The notes beneath the pieces are model-generated. The model made no database searches, was not told where the DNA came from, and worked only from the letters and a program-made list of their open reading frames with translations. A DNA stretch of 64,000 nucleotides from NCBI GenBank assembly GCA_002245135.1, contig NGBS01000004.1, forward strand, positions 248,001 to 312,000. Direction: 5' to 3'. This DNA is from Proteromonas lacertae (lineage: Eukaryota). This document shows, piece by piece, positions 25,165 to 36,826 of the stretch (the stretch's first letter is position 1; each line of letters opens with the position of its first letter). Made by a program: the position numbers and the translations under genes.

Positions 25165-25917
25165 TTACTTTTTTTCTTTAACATCTTCTTTATTCAATAT
25201 TTCAATATTAAAATTTTTATTTGTATATCTAAATTACATAAATACAATAAAAATACATGCAAAGATCAGAAGCAATTTCCATAGCATTTCTAGCAATTTG
25301 TTCTGCATTCATATCAGTATGTCTACATAAAGCCAAAGCAGCAGCTAAAATTATATCAATAATTAATAAATACAATAAGCATATTCACCTCCAGAACCTA
25401 TTGCACAAACTGGTCCACTTGTGTCTAAAACTGTCCCATCGCCACTGATTGTATATGTGTTGTTTAAATCACTAACTAACACTGATGCTTCAAGCTTAGC
25501 ATATTGCATTGATGATCTCCATCCTTTTACCAATTCAATACATGCACGTTGCAATTGTCCTGAATGTTTATCAAGTGATTTTTCTAGTTGTTCGATTAAT
25601 ATCAACGCATCAGCAACACCACCAGCATATCCTGCTAATATATTACCGTGGATTCTTCTTATCTTTTGAGCGGTTCCTTTTGCTACTACACTACCCATTG
25701 TAACTTGACCATCACCTATTAATGCAACTTGATCTTTTGTTCTTACAGATAGTATTGTAGTTGCATGAAACATACCATCTTAAATAACATTAAGGAAGAA
25801 TAGTCTTTGAAATATATAAAAAGATATATTTCCAGGAATAGTCCAACCTAATGGATGCGTTATAATAGATCTACATATTATTGGTTTTATATTTCTTGTA
25901 ATTCGAGAAAAAAACAT
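25165..25917 (-). CDS. hslV: Mitochondrial HslV (ClpQ) protease subunit
   Basis: Presequence MFFSRITRNIKP, mature N-terminus TTILSVR, GDGQVTMG, AGYAGGVADA, AIGSGG, and MEIASDLC(I/V)YTN. One U12-type and two GT-AG introns. Confidence 0.93.
25780..25827 (-). other. U12-type AT-AA intron (48 nt)
   Basis: 5' ATATCTTTT, near-consensus branch TTCCTTAAT, ends TTTAA. It contains an in-frame TAA, so it must be removed to join the presequence to DGMFHATTIL. Confidence 0.85.
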
Positions 25918-25990
25918 ATTTTTAATGATGAAGTTTGAAGAACGTTTGATTCATTTTTGCATTAACCAACTATTTTTCATACACCATAGA

Positions 25991-26720
25991 ATGAAGTATT
26001 TTTATTTTTCTATTTTTCATAGCTTAGGAAAAGATTCAGCTAAATTTATATATTTTCATGGGGATAATTCCCAATTTAACGACTATTGTAATATATTTGA
26101 TGGATTAATAAGCAATCCTAAAGATAAATTTCAATACCAAGTATCAATTCAATATTTAAAAAGGAAGACTAATGTTCAAACTGAAAGTTATTTTCCTCTA
26201 AATCCAAATCTCTCATTTATTACAGCAAATGTATATTTATTGTATGATTGATTTTTATTCATAGGATTTATATTTTATAAAAAGTTCAATTGATCCTAAA
26301 TATGTTTATATAGGTAATAATGGCACAATCGGAAAAGTATCAGAAATATTTTTGATTTTTGTTTAGTATTCTGTAGAAATGTTTGATATATTATTGAACA
26401 ATTTTAATTTGTATGAAGGTAAAAAGAATTACAGTGTGAATGGGTTTAGTTATAATTTGACTGATTATATAATATCTATTGGTCAACTGAAGGCTAACAG
26501 TGGTACAATCTATGGCTTGATACTTGATATAAATTATTTCCCAATTAGTGAAGAAGAAATAGTAGAAAACTTCATTTTAGAGATAAAGAACAGATTTGCT
26601 CCACAGTTTCAGAATGGTTTTCTTTTATCTTATTTAGAGAATTTAGAAGGAAGACAAACACTATATGGACAAGAATATCTATTATCAGTTAGAAATCTAC
26701 TTAATTCACATGTTTCATAA
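25991..26720 (+). CDS. Mediator subunit Med20-like
   Basis: C-terminal GFSYNLTDYIISIGQL....YGLILDINYFP resembles the Med20 G..Y...DF.v.vG.....GilvEveY.P pattern. Three short introns. Confidence 0.5.
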
Positions 26721-26739
26721 TATTTTTTTTTATTATTTG

Positions 26740-28368
26740 AATATTTTGTTTAGCTTATTCATTTTAATCATTATTTCTCTTTGGTTGTAAATACCATATT
26801 TTTAGATTTTTTCTGTCCTTTATCTTACTATTGACAAGGACATGTTCTTTTTGTCCAATACAAACAATATTTAATAATAAAAATATTTATAATATTATAT
26901 TCTTATATTTATTGTTTTGAACATTTACAAAGCTTAAATAGAATTGTATTTCATCAAATGTAAAACATATTGTTGGTTTAATTTTCATTACTTCTTTATG
27001 AAGATCTTTTTTATTTCTACCTTTAGTCATTTCTTCAAATTCTTTTGGATATTTGGATGTATCTCGGTTAGCTTTTAATTTTATACTCACTTGGTTATTT
27101 GGGCTTATATAAAATAATTCATAAGGAGAACTATTATCAATCGATGTTGAGGATTTGAAAAACATTCTATATAGATTTTGAAGAATCATTATCATCTCAG
27201 GTGCTAATGTATGATTATTTCCAACTGTAATTTCAAAACCATATGGACTTAATAATAAATCAATATCGGGGAAACTAGGATTATAACTCAAATCGATTAT
27301 TTTAAATATTGTATTTCTTTCATTAGTATTAAATTCACCTATTTCTCTTTGTAAATCACTATCATCTGAAACTTTAACTATTTCCTTTTTCTACTTCGCA
27401 TTCTTTAATTTAATTAATCAAATTCTCATAAAAAGTATCACAATTCTTCATTAAAAACGATATAATTCTTTTATATAATATTCCAGCTAAACTTCCTACT
27501 GGATTTTCTTTTAATAGTTTAATCATTCTTTCACAACTTTCTTTATCATTTATCTTATAAAGTTTATCACATGCCATCTTTTTGATTTCTTCAGATATGA
27601 AGATGAAAATGGTATTATTAAATCCAATCGTGTAATATTTATATGTATCATAAATCAATACATTATCATATTCACCTTTTGAAAATGGAGATTTATCTAT
27701 TCCTTTTATTATTTCTCCTATAATCACCTCATTCTTTTTGTTATTAATTGTATTTTCGAATTCTCTTACAATCTTCTTTTTTTCATCATTATAATATCCA
27801 ATTACACCTTTATATAATGAATAATTTTCTCTATATTCATATACTTCCCCATCATTTGTGAAAAGTCCATATGTTAATCTTTTACTATATGTAAATCCTT
27901 TATAGTCTTTATTATTATATGCCCAAGGTTTAAGTAATTCAACTTTCTCTACTTCTTCTTTTGTAAATTGAGGAATATACATCAACAATGCACATCTTTT
28001 ACTTTGAAAGGTTTTGTACTCTTCTTTAGATGGATTAGCTAATAATATTATCATTTTTGCATCTGCATAATCATCTTCACCAATTACTTTTCCATCAGAT
28101 ATTACAATTTGAATATTATTTCTTTTATCATAATAAGGATTATCTTTTTCTCCTTTACTTATATTATTTATACTAACACTATCACCAAATTTCGAATGAA
28201 TGATTTGCATAATAATGTCAGCTAAGATTGTCTTTCCTATTTTGCTATGGACCAAATACTAAATAGTGTTTTTGATTATCATAATTAAAATTAAAACTTT
28301 TGGGAAAAACAATATTCAACAACTTATAATAATAATCTCTCATCAAATATATTATATTATACTGTATA
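26740..28368. repeat. Left copy of a ~1.63-kb direct repeat (right copy 59801-61447)
   Basis: Near-identical sequence. ORFs 26887-27291 and 59966-60370 are identical, and 27410-28255 matches 60489-61457. Confidence 0.93.
26887..28368 (-). pseudogene. 5'-truncated Crinkler/RHS-type P-loop NTPase + PD-(D/E)xK REase-like gene
   Basis: Walker A-like LVFG(H)SKIGKT. REase-like PSFPDIDLLLSPYGFEITVGNNH matches the CR-REase P..p.iD....fqiTv...H pattern. Stop/frame break at ~27390-27410 and an extra frameshift near 28250. Confidence 0.6.
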
Positions 28369-28489
28369 CACCCCTTGTCGAAATTTTGTCCTTCTATTTT
28401 TTTATTTTCTCGTTTATTTAATTGTTTTTTTTGTTTTCTTTTCTTATAACCCATAAATATAAAACATAAAATAATAGAAAATATTAATT

Positions 28490-29420
28490 ACCGTGGTATC
28501 CGATAATGACAACTTTCATCTTCAAGGTGAACGTAAAGTTTTGGCCTACGACATCTAAGGGTTGTTGTTATCTCCTCCTTTACCTTCATTGACTTCAAAG
28601 GCACTTCAGGTGCACACTCAGGTATTGGAATATCAACCTACGGCACTCTTCACAGCTCTTGTAATATCCTCCATCCCGTTTCAGGAACTCCTTCCTTGAG
28701 TGCATCTTATTCTTGTATAGATTCACGAGTCTCATCCTATATAGTTGTCGATACTTATTACGTTCTTCACGGCATTGACTACAGATCTTATAGAAGTGCT
28801 TACAGTCTCGTTTAATTTCTCTCTGGCGTCTTTTACTGCAATAACAACAAATAAACATGATGTCTTAAAACTGCGAAGAAATTCAAAACTAGCCTGATCC
28901 ATCCGGAGTTCACATTTGGTAACTTGTTAACAACTGGTAACAAGTTAACAATTGTAAACTCCTGGTTTCCAGTCGGTTTCCACGATTCTATATCGTAGCA
29001 AGGAGAATCAAGAGCGTGATCAGATTCATCACATCGAGGTAACCAACACTTGTAGATAGTTTCCAGGAGTCCTCGTAGGGAAGAAGACTCTGTAGGAACC
29101 ATAAGTAAATAGGACTATGCACAATCAGAATTTTAGACACTTGGAAGCTAATCAGAAACTATATTTCAAAGTTTACTTATTTACCCAATTTGAAAAAACA
29201 TGATTCAATTTCTATAATTCTTTAGTTATTATAGTATATGTAAATGCTTTTTGGATACTCCTTCATCCCACTTCAGATACTCCTTCCTTGGATGGATCTT
29301 GAATCACCTAGTATATTATACTCCTTCAGTTACTCTAGATCGTACTGTCAGAAGAATCTTATAAGAGATTATCATGTAGGGAAGAAGACCCAGCAGGAGA
29401 TCTTCATCAATGGAATGTAG
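28490..29420 (-). mobile_element. GC-richer decayed insert with small CxxC zinc-finger ORFs (virus- or transposon-like relic)
   Basis: Visible compositional shift from the flanks. ORF 28595-28858 has CCYC, KICSQCR and KSCEECR. Short repeats TACTCCTTC (x3) and TAGGGAAGAAGAC (x2). Confidence 0.35.
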
Positions 29421-29426
29421 GATCAA

Positions 29427-30501
29427 TCATTCTTTTTTATAATCTGAATTCTTTTTTATAAATATACAATTATTCTTTATTTTACATTTTTCATTTCTTA
29501 TAAATGATATACGGCTAACCATACTTCGTGTTGATAACAAAAGGTAATTACATTTAGATAATAATTCAATTTCAATTAACACACTACTTGCATACATGTT
29601 ATATTTTTTTAAAATATAATCCCTTGAGTGTTTTAAATTTCTAGGATAATGTAAATGTTTTTTAAACTCTAATGTATAGTTACTATATTTATTACTTATC
29701 TTATATGATATTTTTGATGAATCTGTGCAAACTAGCCATTTAATATTAAAACTATCATGTGATTTGTTTAACGCCAACCTAATAAATTGATTTATAGAAT
29801 TAGTACCTCCAAACCAAGGTGCTATTTCGCCTAATTCTGCGCTTATACCTGTTCTAATATGCATTCCTATAATATATTTAGATGTATATTTCTTCATATA
29901 ATTTTCTACAGTATTTAATATTTTATTACTGGGAATGTATATGTTATACATGAAAATATTGAATAATATGTCATCATTATATTTGTATTTGACATTATTA
30001 TGAAATATTCTGTTTAAATATTGTCTTTCTTTGTTATTATAATATATTGAAACGGTATAATGAAGTTCAATTATTATGTTTTGATCTTTTGATTTTTTCA
30101 TCATTTCATATTGTATATGTGGTTCAAATTGATTAGAATAGCTGAGTATATAATAATTAAGCATATTACTATAATTAAAATATTTAAATGCATTATTAAT
30201 ATTACACAATGAAAAATAATCTTTCATATATTTCCATAATCCAACTAATATTATAAATATATGTATATATACATTCCAATTTTCTATTTGTTACTAATGA
30301 CAATAAAAGTACTTGAAAAAGATCTAATAAATGATTAGCAATTCCACATTTGGAATGAGGCAAATAATGAATATATTTGGAGTATAGTTCTCTTTCCTTA
30401 ATTATATTGTTACACACAGAATTATTATATTTATACTCATATTTATTATTTATGAATGATAAAAAAATAAACATAATAAAAATCACAATATATAATATCA
30501 T
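29427..30501 (-). CDS. Fucosyltransferase-like GT-B protein (NodZ/GT23/GT11-like), type II membrane; one intron near 30247-30274
   Basis: N-terminal TM, CGIANHL..., IGMHIRTG (motif I), LVCTDS (II), EIELLSKCNYLL..S (III). Confidence 0.72.
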
Positions 30502-30544
30502 TAATTATCAATCTTATTACTAAATAATAGGTGAATGAAATCAT

Positions 30545-31670
30545 ATGAGATATTTATTCATAATAGAAATTGATATTCTCCGTATAATATTTATTACAAT
30601 TCTCACTTTATTTATTATTCAATTTACTTATATTTTACCAAAACAGCTCAATATAATATCAAAGATATTGCCACATGGACTAGCTAATAGAATTAATTGC
30701 ATTTCATCTTCATTATTAATCTCTTTTTTATCAAGAAGATATCTGTTGGGTATTAATAAATATTATAATGTGTATAGTTCAACACTTCTATTTACTACAA
30801 TCCGTAGTAGTAATAAATTCGACATATTCAATTATTTCAGATGATAAGGATTATTTATCTAATAATTTTACTAAACACGAAAAGATCTGCATTAATCCTT
30901 GTGATTTATATAAACAGATTATATTTTCTAAAGATAGAAATTTAGTCTTTTTTAGTGTTGTTGATATTATACCATCACTAGTTAAATGTAAAATATATTT
31001 TCGATTCTTCTTAATAAATGGATTTATAAGCAAATCTAATAAAAATGATATAATATATCAAATACTAGAAATAAATAATATACTATTTTCAAAGTATATC
31101 TACTTTAGAAAGAAGTACAGAAGTAGATATATATTATTTTATAAAAACTTAAGAAATTACAATTACAGTATAGGAATACATTATAGAATGAAAGATAGAT
31201 GCTTTAAAAATGAATGTAATATAACTAAAAATATTAAGAAAAGAATTAAAAGTGAATTAAATAGTTCATACACAAATTCAAGTGTAATTTTTATTAGCAC
31301 TATAAATAATTATATCGCAAACGAACTATTAAATGGATATAAATATATTCAATATTTGCCAAACATTAAAGCTTTTCATATATCAATGTTAAACAGAAAT
31401 ATGGGAGAGGATGAAAAATCAAAACTAATAGGAGATATTTTATTAATTGCTTCTGCAAAATACTTAATACTCACTAAGGGTAGCACCTTCTCTTTACTTA
31501 TTTTATCAATAGGAGGGTTAGATTCAAGAGGAAATAGGAAAAAATATTTAATAATCGATAGCGATGGAAATAGAATTAATGACTCACATATAGATATAAT
31601 TGATACACAAATGAAAAGTCATAAATGCATTAAAGCAATTTATTATTATGTTTCAAAGAAATATACTTAA
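30545..31670 (+). CDS. Fucosyltransferase-like GT-B protein; one intron near 30750-30777
   Basis: TM, HGLANRI..., IGIHYRMKD, IFIST, DILLIASAKYLILTKGSTFS. Confidence 0.72.
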
Positions 31671-31702
31671 ATTGATGTAGCATTTTACTAGTTTATAATG
31701 TA

Positions 31703-32830
31703 ATGTTTTTGTCATTTATATTAAAAATATATACCATATTTCTATTTTATTATTTTTTTATCATAGTAAATACATCACTATATAAAATAGAATATAATTG
31801 TATTACTACAAAGAAAATATATGCAATATATAATATATCAAAAAAGATATTAAACAATAGCGTTCATATTTCATCTAAAAAGAAATATATATCATTTCTA
31901 TTCAACACAAATATAGAAACATTTTATTTAAAAAATATTGACAGCGATAAATACAATTTGTTATTAGTTGAGAATGCTTATATAACAGACAGAGTTATAA
32001 TTCACAATTGCAAAATTCTAATGTTTTCTGGACAATGTAATTGTAGTAATTGGTATAAAAGTAATATCATTTTTAAAGAATTAATTTCATCTGTTAAATA
32101 TGGTTTTGCAATAATTAATTGGCATAGTGATGGTGTGTTTCATGGTACAATAGAAGGTTTAACAAGAATTGTTCCTTATATTGATTATTTGACTCATAAT
32201 CAAGTAATATTTATAATTATTTCCTATCCAAGATACAAACAAAATACAGCAGCAAAAATATTAGAGTTATTAGGTTTCTCTAGAAGAAGAATTCTATATG
32301 GTAAATATAATGTTCAGAATTTATATATTCCAACACCATATTATTGTGTAGAAACATCTACACCATTAATTGTTGAATTTAATAATATTTTGAGGAGAAA
32401 AATTATGAACAAAAAATGTTATATTTATAAAAGAAAGTATATTTTAGTACTTCAAAGATCCAAGAATAGAGTATTTCAAAATTTTAAGAATATAATAAAG
32501 GAATTAAAAAAACAATTTAAATACAATATTGTAGTTTATCATGATTCTAACAAAAATTTAGATCAAATTTATTGCTGGTTTACATATGCATCAGTTATAA
32601 TTGGTTATCATGGTTCAGGTTTAACTAATATATATTTTTCTAAACCAAATGCTATTATAATTGAAATATCACCTATAAATCCTATTTATGCTTTTGCTAA
32701 ATTAGGAAGCCAACTTGGTTTTTCATATTATATTTATAAGTTGTCATATAAAGAATTATATTTAAAGAATATAAATCTAAATATATCAACTTTAATTGAA
32801 GCGATTAAAAATAATTACATAATTATTTAA
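31703..32830 (+). CDS. Glycosyltransferase family 61 (DUF563)
   Basis: N-terminal TM, VFHGTIEGL, QRSKNR, ASVIIGYHGSGLTNIYFSKPNAIIIEI. Confidence 0.82.
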   Translation: MFLSFILKIYTIFLFYYFFIIVNTSLYKIEYNCITTKKIYAIYNISKKILNNSVHISSKKKYISFLFNTNIETFYLKNIDSDKYNLLLVENAYITDRVIIHNCKILMFSGQCNCSNWYKSNIIFKELISSVKYGFAIINWHSDGVFHGTIEGLTRIVPYIDYLTHNQVIFIIISYPRYKQNTAAKILELLGFSRRRILYGKYNVQNLYIPTPYYCVETSTPLIVEFNNILRRKIMNKKCYIYKRKYILVLQRSKNRVFQNFKNIIKELKKQFKYNIVVYHDSNKNLDQIYCWFTYASVIIGYHGSGLTNIYFSKPNAIIIEISPINPIYAFAKLGSQLGFSYYIYKLSYKELYLKNINLNISTLIEAIKNNYIII

Positions 32831-32861
32831 TTCATTCAAAATGTTTTACAATAATACTTAA

Positions 32862-33674
32862 TCAATTATATATAGCTGTACAAAACGGTTTCCAAGAATA
32901 ACATTTAACATTGTTTATGACTTTTCTTTTTTTTGCCATTATAATTGAATGACTATATATATTTACATCATCTAATAATAATAAAGAATTTGAGTGAGAA
33001 AGGCTTTTCATATTAATAATATCATTATATATTACTTTTTGTTTATGACATCCGTCAATGTGAATAATATCGCATTTATCAAATGAAGGATATAATTCTT
33101 TAAATAATGGTACATTTATTTGACTATCACCCCACATCATATTCATATTAAAATATTTTGATACTAATCTATATGCATCTTTTGAATAAGCATGGCCATA
33201 ATCAAATCCTGAATATGTTACATTATGTCTTACTGCTGTTATTAGAGTAATAGCACCCACACCCAATTGAAATCCTATTTCACAAATAATCTTTATTCTC
33301 TTTTTTCTATTATAATCAACTATTAATTGATGATATTTTTCCATTTGATAGAAAAACATCCCTATATCCCCGTCTTTATTACTTAGATTACCAATAATTT
33401 TTGTCATTCTTATTGATTTTGCATACATTCTAATTCCATCAATTATATAAAATAAAGGCACTGATTTATTTCTATAATATATAGATATGCAATGCAATTG
33501 TTTGTCTATATTTGGAATTTTATTATATGATTCATATATTACTTCCAAATAGTATTTATTATTATAACTCACTAAATATTCGTTGTAATAATTGATATAT
33601 GTTTTATTATATAAAGAATTTGAGAATATGCTAATCAGCATACAACTCACTACAAAAAATAAAAAGAAATTCAT
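32862..33674 (-). CDS. Class I SAM methyltransferase (Methyltransf_24-like), type II membrane
   Basis: ICEIGFQLGVGA, WGDSQINVP, CDIIHIDGCH, LLLLDD. Confidence 0.8.
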   Translation of the reverse strand: MNFFLFFVVSCMLISIFSNSLYNKTYINYYNEYLVSYNNKYYLEVIYESYNKIPNIDKQLHCISIYYRNKSVPLFYIIDGIRMYAKSIRMTKIIGNLSNKDGDIGMFFYQMEKYHQLIVDYNRKKRIKIICEIGFQLGVGAITLITAVRHNVTYSGFDYGHAYSKDAYRLVSKYFNMNMMWGDSQINVPLFKELYPSFDKCDIIHIDGCHKQKVIYNDIINMKSLSHSNSLLLLDDVNIYSHSIIMAKKRKVINNVKCYSWKPFCTAIYN

Positions 33675-33755
33675 CAAATGAAAATAATAATTTTAATAAA
33701 TATTATAGTTTTCTAAATAATTATGATAAACAATTTCTTTTTACTCTTATATTTC

Positions 33756-34586
33756 TTAATATCTAAAATAATTGATGAAAGAATGCTTCTTCATTATGAA
33801 TGTTTTATTGTTATCATAATGAATGGATATATTATTTCTTCCTCTATATATACATAATTCTTTTATACCATAAATATATGATATAATTGTAAATGCACTT
33901 TGATCATATCTATGGTTTTTAAGACTTGACCCATTAGGTGAAATACAGTTTAAAGAAAATGAACATTTTTTCCATGCTTCTAACACTTTTATAGATACTT
34001 GTGATGGAAACATAAATGCGACTGTTGCAGCAGAGCATGATGGTAATTTTAGTATACTGTTGTTTATCTTAAAATAATCAGACATTCCTTTATGTGTATA
34101 AGGTTGTAATGAATGAAATCCTTTTTCAGACCATACGTGATATTTCTTTATATGAACTAGTATCCCATCTAACGATCCTAAAATGTTGCATCCGCTATCT
34201 AGCCAAATTAAAGGCAACTTATATATATAATAAGTTTCATATATAATTACTGCTTTCCAAGCATATTTACCATAATCAATATTTACATTGAAATAAGATG
34301 GATATTTATTATAGTTAAAATTTTTAAAAATTATATTTTTGTGATAGTTAGAATAGTTTAATAATATGTTATATATATATTTAGAAAGACCAATATTCCA
34401 TACTATTAAATAACAATGTTTCACATACCTATTATATGAAATAATAAAATTTAATAGAGATAATTCATGATTCGATGAAGCAGCAGTTGTAACAACACAG
34501 TAATTTACTTTTCCGTGGATAAATAAAGATGTAACTATAAAAGATATTATTGTTGAATAGAAGAGTAAATACAGAAGTATAAGCAA
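33756..34586 (-). CDS. DUF1647-like GT-A-type protein; no ATG before the conserved domain (TTG start?)
   Basis: TM, VTTAASSNH, WNIGL, YAWKAVII, WLDSG, HRYDQSA. Confidence 0.72.
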   Translation of the reverse strand: MLILLYLLFYSTIISFIVTSLFIHGKVNYCVVTTAASSNHELSLLNFIISYNRYVKHCYLIVWNIGLSKYIYNILLNYSNYHKNIIFKNFNYNKYPSYFNVNIDYGKYAWKAVIIYETYYIYKLPLIWLDSGCNILGSLDGILVHIKKYHVWSEKGFHSLQPYTHKGMSDYFKINNSILKLPSCSAATVAFMFPSQVSIKVLEAWKKCSFSLNCISPNGSSLKNHRYDQSAFTIISYIYGIKELCIYRGRNNISIHYDNNKTFIMKKHSFINYFRY

Positions 34587-34635
34587 TTAAAATATTATTA
34601 TTTATAAATATTAAACAGTGTTTATACAAACCTTA

Positions 34636-35481
34636 TTACTTATGTTTATTTAGTAATTCATTGAATTTATTAAATTTTGAATTATTATAATATTTAAAAT
34701 AACTATCAAAGTGAGTAGAAAAGCTTTTATTCCTACTTATACTATTTCCAAAATGATTTTGGTATAACAATATTGATAATACACTTTGATCTTGTCTATG
34801 ATTTTTTCTACTAGATCCTATTGGAGCTATGCAATTCTTTATTAAAGCACATGCTTTCCATAAAAACAGAATAGTAATTATTTTATTTGAAAAATAGTAC
34901 AATCCAACAACCCCTGCTGCACACATAGTTTTATTATATATATTTTCTTCTACATTTAGTAAATAGAAGAGACTGTTATATGTGTATCTTTTAATTGTAG
35001 TGCCAGAGCTAATTGTGTAGATATATTTTTTATGTATTTCTTTATATTCATAATCTAATTTACTTTTAATAAAACATCCACTATCTAGCCATAATAAGGT
35101 TTTTTTATATATGATATAAGTGTCATATATAATAAACGGCTTCCATGAATAATAACCTGAGTTTATGCTGATATTAAAGTGACTAGGATATAAAGAATAA
35201 TTAAAGTGATGAATTAGTATAATTATTTCTTTTCTTCTCACATAACTTTGTAATTTATACAATTTCTTAATATTACAATCTGATAATCCTAAGTTCCATA
35301 AAATTAGGCATATTTGATTTTCAACAACTAAAATTCTGTAAACAAATAGTAAAAGTAAATGAAAATGATTATTTGATGAGCCAGTTACTAACAGCTTGTA
35401 TTTTAATGGACATAAGGGATAATTTATGTTAATAAAATAGTAAATAGTTATAAAAGAAACTATCAATAATACAATTATCAT
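34636..35481 (-). CDS. DUF1647-like GT-A-type protein (tandem paralogue)
   Basis: TM, VTGSSNNH, WNLGL, YSWKPFII, WLDSG, CIAPIGSSRKNHRQDQS. Confidence 0.78.
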   Translation of the reverse strand: MIIVLLIVSFITIYYFININYPLCPLKYKLLVTGSSNNHFHLLLLFVYRILVVENQICLILWNLGLSDCNIKKLYKLQSYVRRKEIIILIHHFNYSLYPSHFNISINSGYYSWKPFIIYDTYIIYKKTLLWLDSGCFIKSKLDYEYKEIHKKYIYTISSGTTIKRYTYNSLFYLLNVEENIYNKTMCAAGVVGLYYFSNKIITILFLWKACALIKNCIAPIGSSRKNHRQDQSVLSILLYQNHFGNSISRNKSFSTHFDSYFKYYNNSKFNKFNELLNKHK

Positions 35482-35639
35482 ATACAATAGTTACTAATAT
35501 AAGCAGGCATTAATGATGTAGAAAATGTTAATTATATCATACTATTTAGTGTAAAGATCATTTTAAAAATAAATCTAAATAATATGTAAAATGATGAATT
35601 TTACATGTAAATTCATAATACTTCATCTCTAGTTGTATA

Positions 35640-36250
35640 GCGTCAACACTCTGCTCTCTTTTTCCAGAAATCGTAGATATACTCAATTGGGTTTAATGAT
35701 TTCATAGAAGCAAAAACTGTAATACTATTATTACCATATTTAATCTAATTATGCAACATACCAAGTTCTCATATTGAAGAAATAATTGTAATTTCGTTTG
35801 AATTACTTCTCATATGAACTATAGGAGTCTAGCCTACATACGCAGGTCTAAATCCACTATCTTGGAATTTAATTAACTTTCGAACAACAGATAGTCTTTG
35901 TTAAACAGGTTAGGTATATTATCTTTATTACAACCTCTAATTACATAACTTTTTAATGCTATGTTAGGAAATCCATCATCCATCATCCTTTTTGTTAAAT
36001 GTCGATGGATAGTTGAAGTGCTTTTGTTATTTTCTCGAATTTTATTGATTAATATCTAAGATTCTGATTAATAGATATTAATATCACCTCCTTTGTTTAG
36101 AATTCTTAACAAGTTTTTTACTCTAGTGATGTTTATATTGGTCATACTGGAGTAGTAATCTGTTTTGGTATACTTTTTTCTCAGATTGTTCTTTAGCTTC
36201 ATTAGCTTTAAGTTTAGATTTTTTGGAAGATATAACTTCTAATAGTTCAA
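35640..36250 (-). mobile_element. Decayed IS630/Tc1-mariner transposase relic
   Basis: Minus strand SLNPIEYIYDFWKKRAE (DDE_3 C-terminal motif) and ITIISSI*ELGMLH. Stops and frameshifts. Matches the relic at 59412. Confidence 0.65.
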
Positions 36251-36254
36251 TATT

Positions 36255-36810
36255 ATTTGGATCAGAATTGGGAGCGATAAGAAATGGAGGTATTATAGCA
36301 AAAGACCATGATGTAGATATAATTATTCCTGTATGGCTTAATTATAAAATATTTAGATGTGATCAATATTTTGAATTTTATCCTCATAAATGTTATATAT
36401 ATTCAAATAGAGACACTTTAATTTGTAACAAAACAAAACATGATTTTATGATTATATTAAGAGATTATATTGAAAAGAGACTAAATATGACTATAAATTA
36501 TAGATGTATAGATTGGGGTAAGTATGGATACACAAGTTGTTGGACAATGAATTATAGAAACTGTTTTCTTGATTTATGGATTCTAATTGGTACTGAATAT
36601 TTTTATCAAAATATAAATATATGTCATTGCTATTTTTCTAATGTATTGACTTTCTGTAGTGAATATGCAAGAGAAAATGTTTTAAAAATGTATGGAAAAA
36701 AATGGAAAATTCCTATAAAGAAAGGTTCTGGTGCTACAGCATGTAATATTGTTTTAACACCTAACTTCAATAACTCAATTAAAAGATATATTATTAATAA
36801 TTTAAAATAA
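36255..36810 (+). pseudogene. 5'-truncated LicD-family gene (copy cut at the inverted-repeat boundary)
   Basis: Identical to 58432-58987 from FGSELGAIR onward, but lacks the TM anchor and start. Confidence 0.8.
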
Positions 36811-36826
36811 TTATCCCTTATGAAAT

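Noticed and set aside
1..26720. Stop codons created by polyadenylation, as known in Blastocystis
   Set aside because: Every gene I could reconstruct has an encoded stop. GT-rich tracts follow several stops, but no case requires poly(A) completion.
26829..26860. Imperfect hairpin near the end of the direct repeat as a Helitron 3' terminus
   Set aside because: Weak AT-rich stem, no CTRR end at the expected distance, and no Rep/helicase sequence.
29250..29335. Short TACTCCTTC repeats as a CRISPR-like array
   Set aside because: Only three 9-nt units with irregular spacing, in a eukaryotic context with no cas genes.
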